DNA of 64,000 bases from Arenicellales bacterium (GCA_965243645.1 CBDEVD010000006.1:9570-73569); one strand, 5' to 3'; positions 26,458 through 38,000 are shown, counted from the stretch's first letter. A program made the numbers and translations. The notes: a model not told the origin generated them from the letters alone.

Positions 26458-26760
26458 TCTTGGAATTTAATTGGCAACATAGACTGAGACAAAGCACAAA
26501 TACCTTGGAACTACAGGGCGTGATCAAATTTGGTCGGAAGTGATAGGACAGGTCATATATTTTTGTACAAAAATCACAAGAAAATATCGTTATCATTGTT
26601 GCTAATTTCGTAAATAATCGAATCAGGAAGGAGCGTTTTTGTCCGATCTATTTAACGATACTGATATAGAACACGTCATGACTTAGAGGACGGATTGCCG
26701 AATCGACTTGCGTCATGAAACGCTCAAGTAAAAATCTCACTACACGTAGGAAAAAAATCA

Positions 26761-27603
26761 ATGAACACACAGAAAAAAGTTGAAACTACTTCGAAGCCCA
26801 CCGCTCGTAAAAGAGTTAAGAAGTCGATTTACGAGAAAGAACTGTTTCGAATGCAGCTTGAACTCGTCAAGATGCAAGAATGGGTAAAAGATCAAGGGCT
26901 GAAAGTCGTGGTGATTTTTGAAGGCCGCGACGCTGCAGGCAAGGGCGGAGTAATCAAGCGAATAACGCAACATTTAAATTCACGGATTTGTCGGGTTGCA
27001 GCGTTACCTGCTCCTACAGAACGGGAAAAAACCCAATGGTATTTTCAACGTTATTGTGCCCATCTCCCAGCTGCTGGGGAAATCGTACTGTTTGATCGAA
27101 GTTGGTACAACCGCGCGGGTGTAGAGCGTGTTATGAATTTCTGTACCGATGAAGAGTACAGTGAATTTATGCGAACCTGTCCGGAATTCGAGCGCATGTT
27201 GGTACGCTCGGGAATCATATTGATTAAGTATTGGTTTTCCGTCTCCGATGATGAACAGGAAAAGCGATTTCAAAGCCGCCTGCTTGAACCGCACAAGCGC
27301 TGGAAACTTTCGCCGATGGACCTTGAATCTCGGACGCGCTGGTTGGAATATTCGAAAGCCAAGGATCAAATGTTTGCCCATACCGACATCAAACAAGCGC
27401 CGTGGTATGTTGTCAATGCGGACGATAAGCGCCTTGCGAGACTCAACTGTATTTGCCACTTCTTGAGTATGATTCCTTATGAAGATCTAACTCCAAAACC
27501 CATCAAACTGCCCGAGCGAAAAGAAGGTGTGGGCTACGTTCGTCCACCGATGTCGGACCAGACATTTGTTCCACCAGTCTACCCCAGAGCGGAAGATGCC
27601 TGA
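26761..27603 (+). CDS. ppk2: Polyphosphate kinase 2 (second paralogue)
   Basis: 280 aa: VVVIFEGRDAAGKGGVIKRI, FDRSWYNRAGVERVMNF, WKLSPMD. It is colinear with the 15541..16452 product. Confidence 0.9.
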   Translation: MNTQKKVETTSKPTARKRVKKSIYEKELFRMQLELVKMQEWVKDQGLKVVVIFEGRDAAGKGGVIKRITQHLNSRICRVAALPAPTEREKTQWYFQRYCAHLPAAGEIVLFDRSWYNRAGVERVMNFCTDEEYSEFMRTCPEFERMLVRSGIILIKYWFSVSDDEQEKRFQSRLLEPHKRWKLSPMDLESRTRWLEYSKAKDQMFAHTDIKQAPWYVVNADDKRLARLNCICHFLSMIPYEDLTPKPIKLPERKEGVGYVRPPMSDQTFVPPVYPRAEDA

Positions 27604-28006
27604 GGTTAAGTCAGTCTCTGATAGAGTGCAACGTGTAAGGGGAGGCGCTGGCAATTTGCCGGACTAAAGGGAAAGGGTACCACTCGCACGACTTTATGCG
27701 TCGTAGAGTTAACGCGCAAGAAAAATCTTCCCAATTGACAATGCTGGCCTCGTGGTTGACTTGGCCAGTATTGACACACCAAGTGGTTCGGTGTTTTGCT
27801 TCAGGATAGCAGTGGATCAAATAACAAGTTTGATTGCCGCTGCAAATTCGTTACGGTTATGTCAAAAACCCGTTGTGATCTTCGTGAAATCTGCACGACG
27901 CAATCGTTGAGCGATACGACTTAAGGCCCGCTAAACGCAGCGTGGCAGCCTATGACTCAGCTAGCAGTCAGGTTATTCCATTTCTCTGCAGTAAATCCCT
28001 TGCTGT

Positions 28007-29107
28007 TTATTCTTTTGTCGAATCCAGCCATTCGTTGAACCACCGATTGCGCAGGGTTTCGGTTCCTAGATACCACTGAATGTCGGCGCGGATTCGGCGA
28101 TTGCTTGCAGACTCAGATTGAGATTGATTTTCCTGTACCGCTACGTTGGTACTGGCATTAAGTCCGATTCGTTCAAGTGCAGATTCCCGTGTTGGACCGT
28201 AAGGCAGCGTATTGGAGAAAGTCGCCATGGATTCGGTACGGGTCGCAAATCCGATGAACTTTGCTGCAAGATCTGGCCGCGCTGCCTGCCGGTGAATTGT
28301 CCAAACACCCATTTCAAGAAACTGCCCATCTTGAATCATCGTAATCGGTATGTTGTTGGTCGCACGTGCATCGAAGAATCGGCCATTGAATCCAGACGCC
28401 ATCACGACTTTCCCATCGCGTAACAACTCAACCGGTTCGTGTCCCTCGTGCCACCACACAATGTGATCTTTTATCTTGTTCAGTCGATGGCTTACCAGCC
28501 GAAAACCTCGCTCGGTACTTAACAAATCATAAATTTGTCTGACCGGTACGTTGTAAGACAACATGGCCCATTCCATGATTGCCTTTGGATTGCGCTGGAT
28601 GGCTCGCTTTCCGGGAAACCGGTCGATGTCAAAAAAGTCAGCAACTGAATTGGGTTTCTCAGTAGGGAAGGCACGCTCATCGTAAGCCAGTACTGTAGCA
28701 TAACTCAAATGTGCAATACCACATTTTAAAAAAGAACCACTAAAGAAATCGTTAAGTGGTTGGGTACCATCGGGTGCCGGCTGCAGTAAAGAGCGATCAA
28801 ATTCGGTGATCAGTCGATTCTTGCATGCCACGTGTGCATCCGATTCGGTCATATCAACGACATCCCAGCGCGCCCTGGCCGGGTTATCGAGCAGACGCAG
28901 GGTGTCGGTACCGCCGTTATACGGCCGTAGTTTAATTTGCACCTGGTGAGCTTGTTCAAATGGTCGAAAATAAGCTTTCATTTGGGCAGTTTCGTAAGCA
29001 CCACCCCAAGTTGAAATCGTCAGTTCATCGTCTTGTGCCTTGGCGATTGGATTTGCCAACAGCAGCACGGCAATGATCGCATAGTTAAATCGGTTCATTT
29101 TCTTCAT
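28007..29107 (-). CDS. Periplasmic solute-binding protein, PotD/PotF-like (ABC family 1), with no adjacent permease/ATPase genes
   Basis: I moved the start to the internal Met (MKKMNRFNYAIIAVLLLANPIAKAQ, a signal peptide). The track's longer 418-aa ORF extends over the ClC gene 3' end. The body is ...LTISTWGGAYETAQ.... Confidence 0.7.
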   Translation of the reverse strand: MKKMNRFNYAIIAVLLLANPIAKAQDDELTISTWGGAYETAQMKAYFRPFEQAHQVQIKLRPYNGGTDTLRLLDNPARARWDVVDMTESDAHVACKNRLITEFDRSLLQPAPDGTQPLNDFFSGSFLKCGIAHLSYATVLAYDERAFPTEKPNSVADFFDIDRFPGKRAIQRNPKAIMEWAMLSYNVPVRQIYDLLSTERGFRLVSHRLNKIKDHIVWWHEGHEPVELLRDGKVVMASGFNGRFFDARATNNIPITMIQDGQFLEMGVWTIHRQAARPDLAAKFIGFATRTESMATFSNTLPYGPTRESALERIGLNASTNVAVQENQSQSESASNRRIRADIQWYLGTETLRNRWFNEWLDSTKE

Positions 29108-30830
29108 GCCTGATACGATCGGTAACCTTGCGATATTCGTTAATGACATCACTTTCGTAAACAACACCTTGTAACTCCTGGGTATTCGATGAAACGATGG
29201 GTGCGATTTCATACTTGGATTTTCGAAACGCTTCCAGTGCTTCGCCGATGTTGGTGTTTTCACTGAATCGTATGGTATTACGATTCATGACTTCTTCAAG
29301 TAGTGTTGTTGGTGCATGACCGGTGCAATCACCAACATGAATAATGCCAATGACGCGGTGATTTTCATCGATTACGATGCCGGCAGTTCGACCAATGTGG
29401 GCAAGTTGAAAGGCAACTTTTGCAACTTTGTCACCTGGACTGAAGCGGGGGTATTCCGTGCGCATAATATGGGTGACACTGTCATAACCAATCAGTGCGT
29501 TGACTCTGCCCAGAACGAGATCAAATCCACGCGCGGCCAATTGCACATCAAATAGCGATCGACCAAAAATTCTCGATGCAAGCAAGTTGGAAAATACCAC
29601 TGCGACCATCGCCGCGGTGGTTAGGTCATAGTTTCGGGTTAATTCAAAAACAATGAGAATCATCGCCAGCGGCGCACCAATGACGGGTGAAGTTGCCGCC
29701 ATCATCCCACAAATGGCGTATGGCACAACTCCGGAGTGACTCACAAACTGCAGCTGGTCGAGCACGGTTCCGAATAACGCACCAAACAGGATGCCGATTA
29801 ACAGGATTGGGCTGAACACACCGCCCGCAAATCCAAATCCCAGGCACACAATGGTCACAAAGACTTTGGCGATGATGATCAGTGCCAATTCATTGATTTC
29901 GAAAGCACCATCAATTGTCGCGAATCGCAAGGTTTCCTGGCCGATCCCGAGGACATCTGGAATTTGCAGTGCAACCAATCCCAGCACCAGTCCGGCAACC
30001 ATGGGTCGCAGCGCCGCCGGGACCGGACTTTGATTGACTAGCTTTTGGCAATAAAGGACTCCTTTAGAAAAGCCGACCCCAACAAAAGCACCAAGAATAC
30101 CAATCAATGCGAAAAATACAAACTCATAGCCGTGTTGTACCCCTTCAAATATGACCAGAAATAGCGGTGGACGATCAAAAACAACATTGGCAAAAATGAA
30201 TCCCATGGCAGCCGCCACCGTTGTCGGTGCAAATGCTTTGACCGCATAGTGTCGCAGTATGACTTCATGGGCAAAAACCATACCTGCAATTGGTGCGTTA
30301 AACGAAACTGAGATCGCCGCTGCGACCCCGCTCGCGATACAAATTGCCTGCAAGTTTGGTATTTTCAACTTCAGGAAATTGGCGATAGAACCGACGATTG
30401 TGCCAAGATAAACCAGCGGGCCATATTGTCCCACTGATGCGCCGCAACCCAGGGAGATCATCGCCGCCAGGGTTGACATGGCACCGCTGCCTATGGGTTG
30501 AGGCGTGCCGCGAGTCTGGACAACCAGTATCGTATCAGGGGGGCCTAGAGGCCGTCGTACGCTGACAAAATAACGCAGGATAAAGCCAACAATTAATCCG
30601 CCAACGGTCGGTACACCGACGGTGAGCAGTGCAAGAATCAGTGGCCGCGTCGTGAACTGAATTCTTTCATGCGGGGAGATGATGAATTCAGTATTCAGCC
30701 AGGCGATGCCTTCTAAAAAACCGATTGCCAGGATCGAGACAACAATTCCGATCGCACTGCCCAATCCTGCGAGCAGCAAAATTGTCGTGACAACACCGTA
30801 GTGCGCAGGATTGGAATTACCTTCATCCAC
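29085..30830 (-). CDS. ClC-family chloride/proton channel with C-terminal CBS domain pair
   Basis: 581 aa and multi-TM: ...GRRPLGPPD..., GASVGQYGPLVYLG (the GxxGxxGP selectivity-type motif), GVFSPILLIG. The C-terminal ~130 aa are soluble and CBS-like. Confidence 0.8.
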   Translation of the reverse strand: MDEGNSNPAHYGVVTTILLLAGLGSAIGIVVSILAIGFLEGIAWLNTEFIISPHERIQFTTRPLILALLTVGVPTVGGLIVGFILRYFVSVRRPLGPPDTILVVQTRGTPQPIGSGAMSTLAAMISLGCGASVGQYGPLVYLGTIVGSIANFLKLKIPNLQAICIASGVAAAISVSFNAPIAGMVFAHEVILRHYAVKAFAPTTVAAAMGFIFANVVFDRPPLFLVIFEGVQHGYEFVFFALIGILGAFVGVGFSKGVLYCQKLVNQSPVPAALRPMVAGLVLGLVALQIPDVLGIGQETLRFATIDGAFEINELALIIIAKVFVTIVCLGFGFAGGVFSPILLIGILFGALFGTVLDQLQFVSHSGVVPYAICGMMAATSPVIGAPLAMILIVFELTRNYDLTTAAMVAVVFSNLLASRIFGRSLFDVQLAARGFDLVLGRVNALIGYDSVTHIMRTEYPRFSPGDKVAKVAFQLAHIGRTAGIVIDENHRVIGIIHVGDCTGHAPTTLLEEVMNRNTIRFSENTNIGEALEAFRKSKYEIAPIVSSNTQELQGVVYESDVINEYRKVTDRIRHEENEPI

Positions 30831-30870
30831 AAGGACAGTTCATTGGCTGATTTGAAGTGATTTGATTTTG

Positions 30871-31233
30871 TTACAGAATCTCCAGCACTTGCTCCGGAGG
30901 TCGGCCGATGACAGCCTTGTTTCCTGAGACTACGATGGGTCGTTGAATAAGAACCGGATGTTCAATCATTTTAGCCATCAAATCGTCGTCACTCAGATCG
31001 ATTGAGTCCAGCTGTTCGTCTTTGTATGGCTTCTCATTGGTGCGCATCAACTCACGAGGACCCAATCCAAGCAGATTAAGAATTTCTCTTAACGCGTAAA
31101 TTGAAGGCGGTGTTTTCAAGTACTCGACGACCTCAGTGTCGCAATCGGATCTGCTATTCAGAATCATCAGCGTTTGGCGGGATTTAGAACAACGTGGATT
31201 GTGATAGATCGTTACAGGGGTTTTTCCAGACAT
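30871..31233 (-). CDS. arsC: Arsenate reductase (glutaredoxin-coupled ArsC family)
   Basis: 120 aa: VTIYHNPRCSKSRQTL...HPVLIQRPIVV. It is colinear with R773/E. coli ArsC. Confidence 0.8.
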   Translation of the reverse strand: MSGKTPVTIYHNPRCSKSRQTLMILNSRSDCDTEVVEYLKTPPSIYALREILNLLGLGPRELMRTNEKPYKDEQLDSIDLSDDDLMAKMIEHPVLIQRPIVVSGNKAVIGRPPEQVLEIL

Positions 31234-31377
31234 CTTTCTTTAAAGTGAGTGATGATAAGTATTACGAAAATTTAATCTGTTCATATTGCACTGAGAAATG
31301 TTCATTAACAAAGATAAAATTGTAAAAATCAAGCCCAGTTTCGACAGTTGCCCTGTCACTACCCCATTAAACCATAT

Positions 31378-33039
31378 ATGAGCATACAACCGCTATACTC
31401 CCATACCCGTCACGGTGGTAAAGTACTCGCTGATCAGTTGGCGATTCAGCAATGTAAAGCCGTATTTTGTGTCGCCGGTGAGTCATTTTTACCTGCCCTT
31501 GACGGGTTATACGATCATCCGTCCATAAAGACCATTACCTGTCGACATGAGGGTGGGGCTGCGATCATGGCTGAAGCATATGGAAAGATGACCGGCCGAC
31601 CAGTGGTCTGCTTCGTGACTCGTGGTCCCGGTGCAACCAATGCATCCGTAGGCGTGCACATTGCACATCAGGATTCAACGCCAATGATTTTGATGATTGG
31701 ACAGGTGCAGCGGGATTTTCTGGATCGCGAAGCTTTTCAGGAGGTGGACTTTTGCACCATGTTTCGGCCCTTGACGAAGTGGGTTGCGCAGGTCGAAGAT
31801 GTTAAGCGTATTCCAGAATATGTCAGTCGTGCCTGGCGGACTGCCATGTTCGGTCGTCCCGGTCCGGTTGCTTTGATCTTTCCTGAAGATGTGTTGTTCG
31901 AGGCTGCTGAAGTTGCTGATTTGCCACCGGTTGCTGTATCTGAGGCGGCGGTACCCGCAAACACTGCTGATTTGGTTCGTGAATTTTTTCGCGGCTCGAA
32001 GCGTCCCCTGGTTGTTGTCGGTGGCAGTGGATGGAGTGAACAGCTCCGGGTAAAGTTGGCGTTATTGTCCGAGCGCAATCATCTGCCAGTGGTTGCTGAA
32101 TTTCGTTGTCAGGATTACATCGACAATCTCCATGAAAATTATCTCGGTGATCTTGGTATCAGCACGGGCCCAGGACTGGCAGCTGCCATGCGCGAAAGTG
32201 ATCGCATTCTGTGTATTGGTGCGCGTCTTGGGGAATTGCCTACTCAAAAATACACCCTGGTGGAAGCGCCTCAGCCACAAGCAAAATTTTTTCATGTCCA
32301 TCCCGATATCGCTGAGCTGGGTCGTGTTTACCATCCAGATGTGGCGGTCAATGCAACTTCATCAGCATTTCTGACCAGTTTGGAAGATTTGCAACTCGAA
32401 AACACGGCTGCCTGGATCAACTGGACTCAACGCGGGCGCGCGGCTTATATGAAACACTCGACATGGAGTGATGAGGATCCTGCTTTTTCCAATGAACAGG
32501 TGATCAGTTGGCTGCAGAATCGATTGCCGCCTGAGACTATTGTCGTCAGTGGATCAGGCATCAATACCGGTGTGTTGCATCGACTTCATCGATATGGTGC
32601 TGTCTATCGAACGCAACTGGCACCGATTGCAGGTTCCATGGGCTACGGGGTCCCGGCGGCAATCAGTGCCAAATTGTGTGCTCCCGAGCGCAAAGTTGTT
32701 TGTATTTGCGGTGATGGGTGTTTTATGATGACCGCACAAGAGCTTGCAACCGCAGCGATGTTGGATCTCGAAATTTTGGTAATTGTTATCAACAATGGTG
32801 TACTGGGGACGATTCGCAAGCACCAGGAAAAACAATTTCCCCAACGTGTCATTGCAACCGAATTGCTGAATCCGGATTTTTCCAGATTTGCCGAAAGTTT
32901 TGGTGCATTTGGACGAAGTGTGCAATCCATCGCGGAATTTGCGGATGCGTTTGAGGCATCACAAGCCCATCGTGGAATTTCTCTCATTGATGTGCAGGTC
33001 GACCAGGAAAAATACATTCAGTCCCTAATGCCAAAGTGA
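31378..33039 (+). CDS. Thiamine-diphosphate-dependent enzyme (acetolactate-synthase-like / 2-oxoacid decarboxylase family)
   Basis: The track ORF starts at TTG 31348; I prefer ATG 31378 (MSIQPLYSH...). Motifs: ...VTRGPGATNASVGVHIAHQDSTPMILMIGQV... and the TPP motif GDGCFMMTAQELATA...NNG. Confidence 0.8.
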   Translation: MSIQPLYSHTRHGGKVLADQLAIQQCKAVFCVAGESFLPALDGLYDHPSIKTITCRHEGGAAIMAEAYGKMTGRPVVCFVTRGPGATNASVGVHIAHQDSTPMILMIGQVQRDFLDREAFQEVDFCTMFRPLTKWVAQVEDVKRIPEYVSRAWRTAMFGRPGPVALIFPEDVLFEAAEVADLPPVAVSEAAVPANTADLVREFFRGSKRPLVVVGGSGWSEQLRVKLALLSERNHLPVVAEFRCQDYIDNLHENYLGDLGISTGPGLAAAMRESDRILCIGARLGELPTQKYTLVEAPQPQAKFFHVHPDIAELGRVYHPDVAVNATSSAFLTSLEDLQLENTAAWINWTQRGRAAYMKHSTWSDEDPAFSNEQVISWLQNRLPPETIVVSGSGINTGVLHRLHRYGAVYRTQLAPIAGSMGYGVPAAISAKLCAPERKVVCICGDGCFMMTAQELATAAMLDLEILVIVINNGVLGTIRKHQEKQFPQRVIATELLNPDFSRFAESFGAFGRSVQSIAEFADAFEASQAHRGISLIDVQVDQEKYIQSLMPK

Positions 33040-33073
33040 CTCTAAAGGTTGACCAGCAATCTGCGAACAGCAA

Positions 33074-33841
33074 ATGAATTCGATTTTCGCTTTAAACGGA
33101 AAAACTGCACTGGTGACAGGCGCATCGAGTGGTATTGGCTCGCATTTCGTACAGACGCTCGCACAAGCCGGAGCGAGTGTCATATTGGCGGCCCGGCGGA
33201 CGGATCGCTTGCGCGCCCGTGCCAAGTCAATCACAACGCGGGACAACCACATCAGTTGGGTGCAACTGGATGTTACCGATGCGACGAGCATTGAGGCGGC
33301 ATTCGCGAAATCGGTTGCCGAGCATGGTCAGATTGACATTGTGGTGAACAATGCCGGCATTGGGTTTCAAGGCCAGGCACTTGATATATCAGAGCGCGCC
33401 TGGGATGCGGTCATTGACACCAATTTGAACGGTGCTTGGCTGGTGGCTCAGCAGGCGGGTCGGTGCATGTCAACCAACCCGAGTGGCGGGTCGATTATCA
33501 ATATTGCCTCGATTCTCGGGCGGCGCGTGATGGGTGGAGTCGCGCCCTATGCGGTTGCCAAGGCCGCGCTTGAACACCTGACCCGGTTGCTTGCCTATGA
33601 GTGGGCGCGTCATTCGATTCGTGTTAACGCGATTGCACCCGGATATATCCTTACCGACATGAACCGGGATTATCTTGAATCACCACTGGGCGACAAAGCC
33701 AGGGCAAAAATACCCCAGAAACGATTTGGTCAACCCGCAGATTTGGATGGTCCTCTGTTGTTATTGGCTTCAGATGCATCATCCTATATGACGGGTAGCA
33801 CTATTGTCGCGGATGGTGGCCACTTACAATCTTCGATGTAA
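33074..33841 (+). CDS. Short-chain dehydrogenase/reductase (SDR)
   Basis: 255 aa: GKTALVTGASSGIG (cofactor motif), NNAG, YAVAKAA (catalytic YxxxK). Confidence 0.85.
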   Translation: MNSIFALNGKTALVTGASSGIGSHFVQTLAQAGASVILAARRTDRLRARAKSITTRDNHISWVQLDVTDATSIEAAFAKSVAEHGQIDIVVNNAGIGFQGQALDISERAWDAVIDTNLNGAWLVAQQAGRCMSTNPSGGSIINIASILGRRVMGGVAPYAVAKAALEHLTRLLAYEWARHSIRVNAIAPGYILTDMNRDYLESPLGDKARAKIPQKRFGQPADLDGPLLLLASDASSYMTGSTIVADGGHLQSSM

Positions 33842-33855
33842 AACAAGGAAACACA

Positions 33856-35058
33856 ATGGATTTCACGCTTGACCCCGAAGTGCAGGATTTGCAACGACGC
33901 ATTCGCGAATTTGTCAACACACACATCATTCCAGTCGAATCGTATGCGGATGCCTACGACGCAGGCGAAAATATTACAGATCAGTATTTCTTGCCACTTC
34001 GGGAAAAGGCTCGTTCGCAAGGCTTATGGTGCCTGCAAATGCCAAAAGAGTTGGGCGGCGGCGGCCTCAATACAGTCGGAATGGCTGCTTGTTACGAAGA
34101 GATGGGGCGCTCAATATTCGGTCCTGTTGTGTTCAACAGTGCTGCACCGGACGATGGCAACATGATTGTACTGGAACGAGTTGGCACCCCCGCGCAAAAG
34201 GAGCGCTGGCTGCAACCCATCATTGATGGAAAAGTACGCTCCGCGCTGGCGATGACTGAGCCTGCACCGGGTTCGGGATCCGACCCGCTTGGCATGATGC
34301 TTACCAAGGCTGAAAAATCCCATGACAAGTGGATTGTCCACGGACACAAATGGTTCATTACCGGCGCTGGTGTTGCACAGCATTTTATCTTACTGGCTCG
34401 GACATCTGATGATCCGCGCAAAGGCCTAACGGCATTTATGTTTGATCGCGATGACCCAGGCTGGGAACTCGTGCGCCGTGTGCCGATTATGGGTCCCGAG
34501 GAACACGGCGGTCATTGTGAACTGAAATTCAATGGTCTGGAGATTCCCGATGAAAATCGACTGCTCGAAGTCGGTGATGGTATGAAAGTTGTGCAAATGC
34601 GGCTGGGAACAGCCCGCTTGACCCATTGCATGCGCTGGTTGGGCCTATGTCGGCGCTGCCTGGAAATTGCCAGTGAATACGCCCGCGACCGACAGGCGTT
34701 TGGTAAAAAATTGACTGAGCACGAAGGTGTGCAGTGGATGCTGGGTGAAGCTGCGAGTCAAGTTCACTTGGGACGCTTGCTCACCATGCACGCAGCATGG
34801 AAACTCGCCCAGGGTGATTTTGCTCGCAAAGAAGTCTCAATTGCCAAGGTTATGGTCGCGGACACCTTGCACCATGTTGTTGATACTGCCATTCAAATGT
34901 TGGGGGCCAAGGGTTATTCAAAGGACACAATTCTGGAGTGGATTTACCGATATCAGCGCCAGGGTAGACTGGTCGATGGTGCCTCGGAAGTTCATAAAAT
35001 GGTGTTATCGAGGTTCTACATGAATGAAGGTGACGAGTTTTTCAAGTGGGGTGCTTGA
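33856..35058 (+). CDS. Acyl-CoA dehydrogenase family protein
   Basis: 400 aa: ...ALAMTEPAPGSGSDP..., KWFITGAG..., the C-terminal helical domain, and ...DGASEVHKMVLSR. Confidence 0.85.
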   Translation: MDFTLDPEVQDLQRRIREFVNTHIIPVESYADAYDAGENITDQYFLPLREKARSQGLWCLQMPKELGGGGLNTVGMAACYEEMGRSIFGPVVFNSAAPDDGNMIVLERVGTPAQKERWLQPIIDGKVRSALAMTEPAPGSGSDPLGMMLTKAEKSHDKWIVHGHKWFITGAGVAQHFILLARTSDDPRKGLTAFMFDRDDPGWELVRRVPIMGPEEHGGHCELKFNGLEIPDENRLLEVGDGMKVVQMRLGTARLTHCMRWLGLCRRCLEIASEYARDRQAFGKKLTEHEGVQWMLGEAASQVHLGRLLTMHAAWKLAQGDFARKEVSIAKVMVADTLHHVVDTAIQMLGAKGYSKDTILEWIYRYQRQGRLVDGASEVHKMVLSRFYMNEGDEFFKWGA

Positions 35059-35090
35059 GCACTGAATTCCCGGATTGAGGATTTCAACCA

Positions 35091-38000
35091 ATGTTGGCTA
35101 ACGTAGCACTTGACGATAAATACACGCAGGACACCGGCCGCGTCTTTATGACCGGCATTCAGGCTTTGGTCCGGCTGCCGCTGTTGCAATCGCAGCGTGA
35201 CAGAGTCGCTGGATTGAATACCGCGGCCTATATTACGGGTTACCGGGGTTCGCCACTGGGCGCCCTCGACATGCAGTACTGGCAGGCCGAAACCTATCTG
35301 AAACCACACAATATTCACTTTCAGCCCGCGATCAACGAGGACCTGGCTGCCACTGCCTTGTGGGGCACGCAACAGGCAGAAATTGATGGGTACGGCAAGT
35401 TTGATGGTGTGTTTGGCATTTGGTATGGGAAGGGACCGGGTGTCGATCGTTCCGGTGATGCATTTCGTCATGCCAATCTCGCGGGTACCTCAAGATATGG
35501 CGGTGTGTTGGCTGCCATGGGCGATGATCACGCATGTGAGTCTTCAACCACCGCCCATCAGAGTGAGTTTGCGTTGGTCGATGCGATGATGCCGATTCTC
35601 AATCCTGCCGGGGTCCAGGATATTTTGAACTTTGGTTTGTCAGGCTGGGCTTTATCACGCTATTCGGGTTGCTGGGTTGGACTCAAGTGCGTACACGACA
35701 CCGTTGAAGCGACTGCCTCGGTCGAATTGAGTGCCGCAACGGATACGTTTGTCATTCCCGAGGATTTCCTGCTGCCTTCTGGAGGATTAAATATTCGCTG
35801 GCCTGATACGCCATTGCAACAGGAGCAACGCTTGCATGAACAAAAGCTGCCAGCGGTGCATGCATTTTGGCGCGAGAACAGTCTGGACCGGCTGATCTAT
35901 GATCCACCCACTGCACGCGTTGGTATTGTGACAACAGGTAAGTCCTATTCTGACGTGATGCGCGCCTTAACGGAACTTGGCATCAACCGGGACATGGCGT
36001 ATCGACTGGGAATCCGTCTCTACAAGATTGCGATGAGTTGGCCGCTGGAGCAAACCGGGCTCGAACGATTTGCCACGAATCTTCAAAAAATCATTGTGAT
36101 TGAGGAAAAACGAGGCCTCATTGAAGATCAGATCAAGACATTGCTCTATGGTCGTTCAAGCGCACCAGTCGTGGTGGGCAAGCGCAACGAAAACGGAGAA
36201 ATTCTGCTGACTTCAACAGCCAGATTGAGTGCGATTGAGATCGCAACAGCGATCGGTGAGCAGACCTTAATGCTGATTGATTCCGAGCAACTGGCTGCAC
36301 GTGTCAGCCGGGTCAAGTCCCTGCTCGAAAAAGACACTGAACTCGCACCACTGCAGCGGATGCCGTATTTTTGTGCCGGCTGTCCCCATAATACGTCGAC
36401 TAAGGTACCCGAAGGCAGTGTTGCACTTGCGGGAATCGGCTGCCACTACATGGCGCAATGGATGGATCGTTCCACTCAGCGGTTTACGCAAATGGGTGGC
36501 GAAGGAGCCAGCTGGATTGGCGAGAGCTTGTTCAGTAAGCGTACTCACGTCTTTCAAAACATTGGCGACGGTACTTATTTGCATTCCGGATTGCTGGCCG
36601 TTCGCGCCGCGGTTGCGGCGAATACAACCATGACCTTTAAGTTGCTGTACAACGACGCAGTGGCCATGACCGGAGGCCAACCTTTTGACGGACCATTGAC
36701 CGTCTCGCAGGTAGCGCATCAGCTATTGGCGGAAGGAGTTGGCAAGGTTTCGGTAGTTACCGATGATGTGGCTGGTTGTCGCGCGAGGAACAAACTGCCT
36801 GATGGTGTCGAGATTGTTGATCGCCATGCACTTGATGCGGTACAAAGACAGCTGCGGGAGCACTCTGGTGTGACTGCGATTATTTATGACCAGACATGCG
36901 CAGCAGAGAAACGCCGGCGCAGAAAACGCGGCGAATATCCGGACCCACCCAAACGTGCGTTTATTAACACCGCGGTGTGTGAGGGTTGTGGGGACTGTGG
37001 CCTGCAGTCAAATTGTGTCGCGATATTGCCACATGAGACCGAACTTGGTCGCAAGCGGCGAATCGATCAGTCCGCGTGCAATAAAGACTATACCTGTATT
37101 GACGGTTTCTGTCCGAGTTTCGTTACAGTCAAAGGTGGAGCGGTAAGAAAATCGATCAGCGTCACTCGTGATTCCGGGTTCGATCCATCGGTGTTACCTG
37201 CTCCGCAAGTTGCACAAATCGAGCAGGAATACTGCATCGTGGTGACCGGCGTTGGCGGAACCGGCGTGATCACAGTCAGTGCAATATTGGGAATGGCTGC
37301 GCATCTTGACAGGCTCGGCTGTTCAGTTCTTGACATGACCGGGCTGGCGCAAAAAGGCGGCTCGGTGTTAAGCAACCTTGTCATCGCACAGCAACCCGAT
37401 GAGATTTCTTCCATGCATGTTGCCTATGGCGCAGCTGATTTGATCATTGGTTGTGACCTGGTTGTCTCTGCTTCGGAAAAGGTGTTGCTTACCGCTAGTC
37501 CAGAGCGAACCAAGGCCGTCGTCAATAATTATGAAATGATGTCCGGAGATTTTACCCGGATCAGTAATCTTAGGTTTCCGCGCACCGAACTTGAAGGCAT
37601 GATTGGACGCTCGACTGTAGATGGGCACGCAACTTTCGTCAATTCCAATCATTATGCTGATCAGTTGTTTGGAGACACCATTGCAGCCAACCTGTTTATG
37701 GTTGGCATCGCGTTACAGAAAGGTTACTTGCCAATGTCCGTAGAAGCGATTGAACGGGCGATAGAACTGAACGGCCGGTCTGTGGAAATGAATCGTCTGG
37801 CGTTGCATCGCGGCCGGCAATTTGTCGAGGATTCCGTTGCACTCGAGCGGGAAATCGGTGTCAAGGTTGAGGTTGCGGGCAGAACCGAGCAGCAGAAACT
37901 GCAGACAGTGGATGAGATCGTTAATCACCGGTCGGACTTGTTGACCAGTTATCAGAATGAGGCCTATGCGCGGCGTTATCAAACTTTTGTTGACGGTGCC

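Noticed and set aside
29108-29263. A 52-codon N-terminal extension of the PotD-like binding protein ORF, overlapping the ClC gene
   Set aside because: The extension has no signal-peptide character, whereas the internal Met at 29107 begins a classical signal peptide. The overlap with the ClC coding sequence argues for the shorter form.
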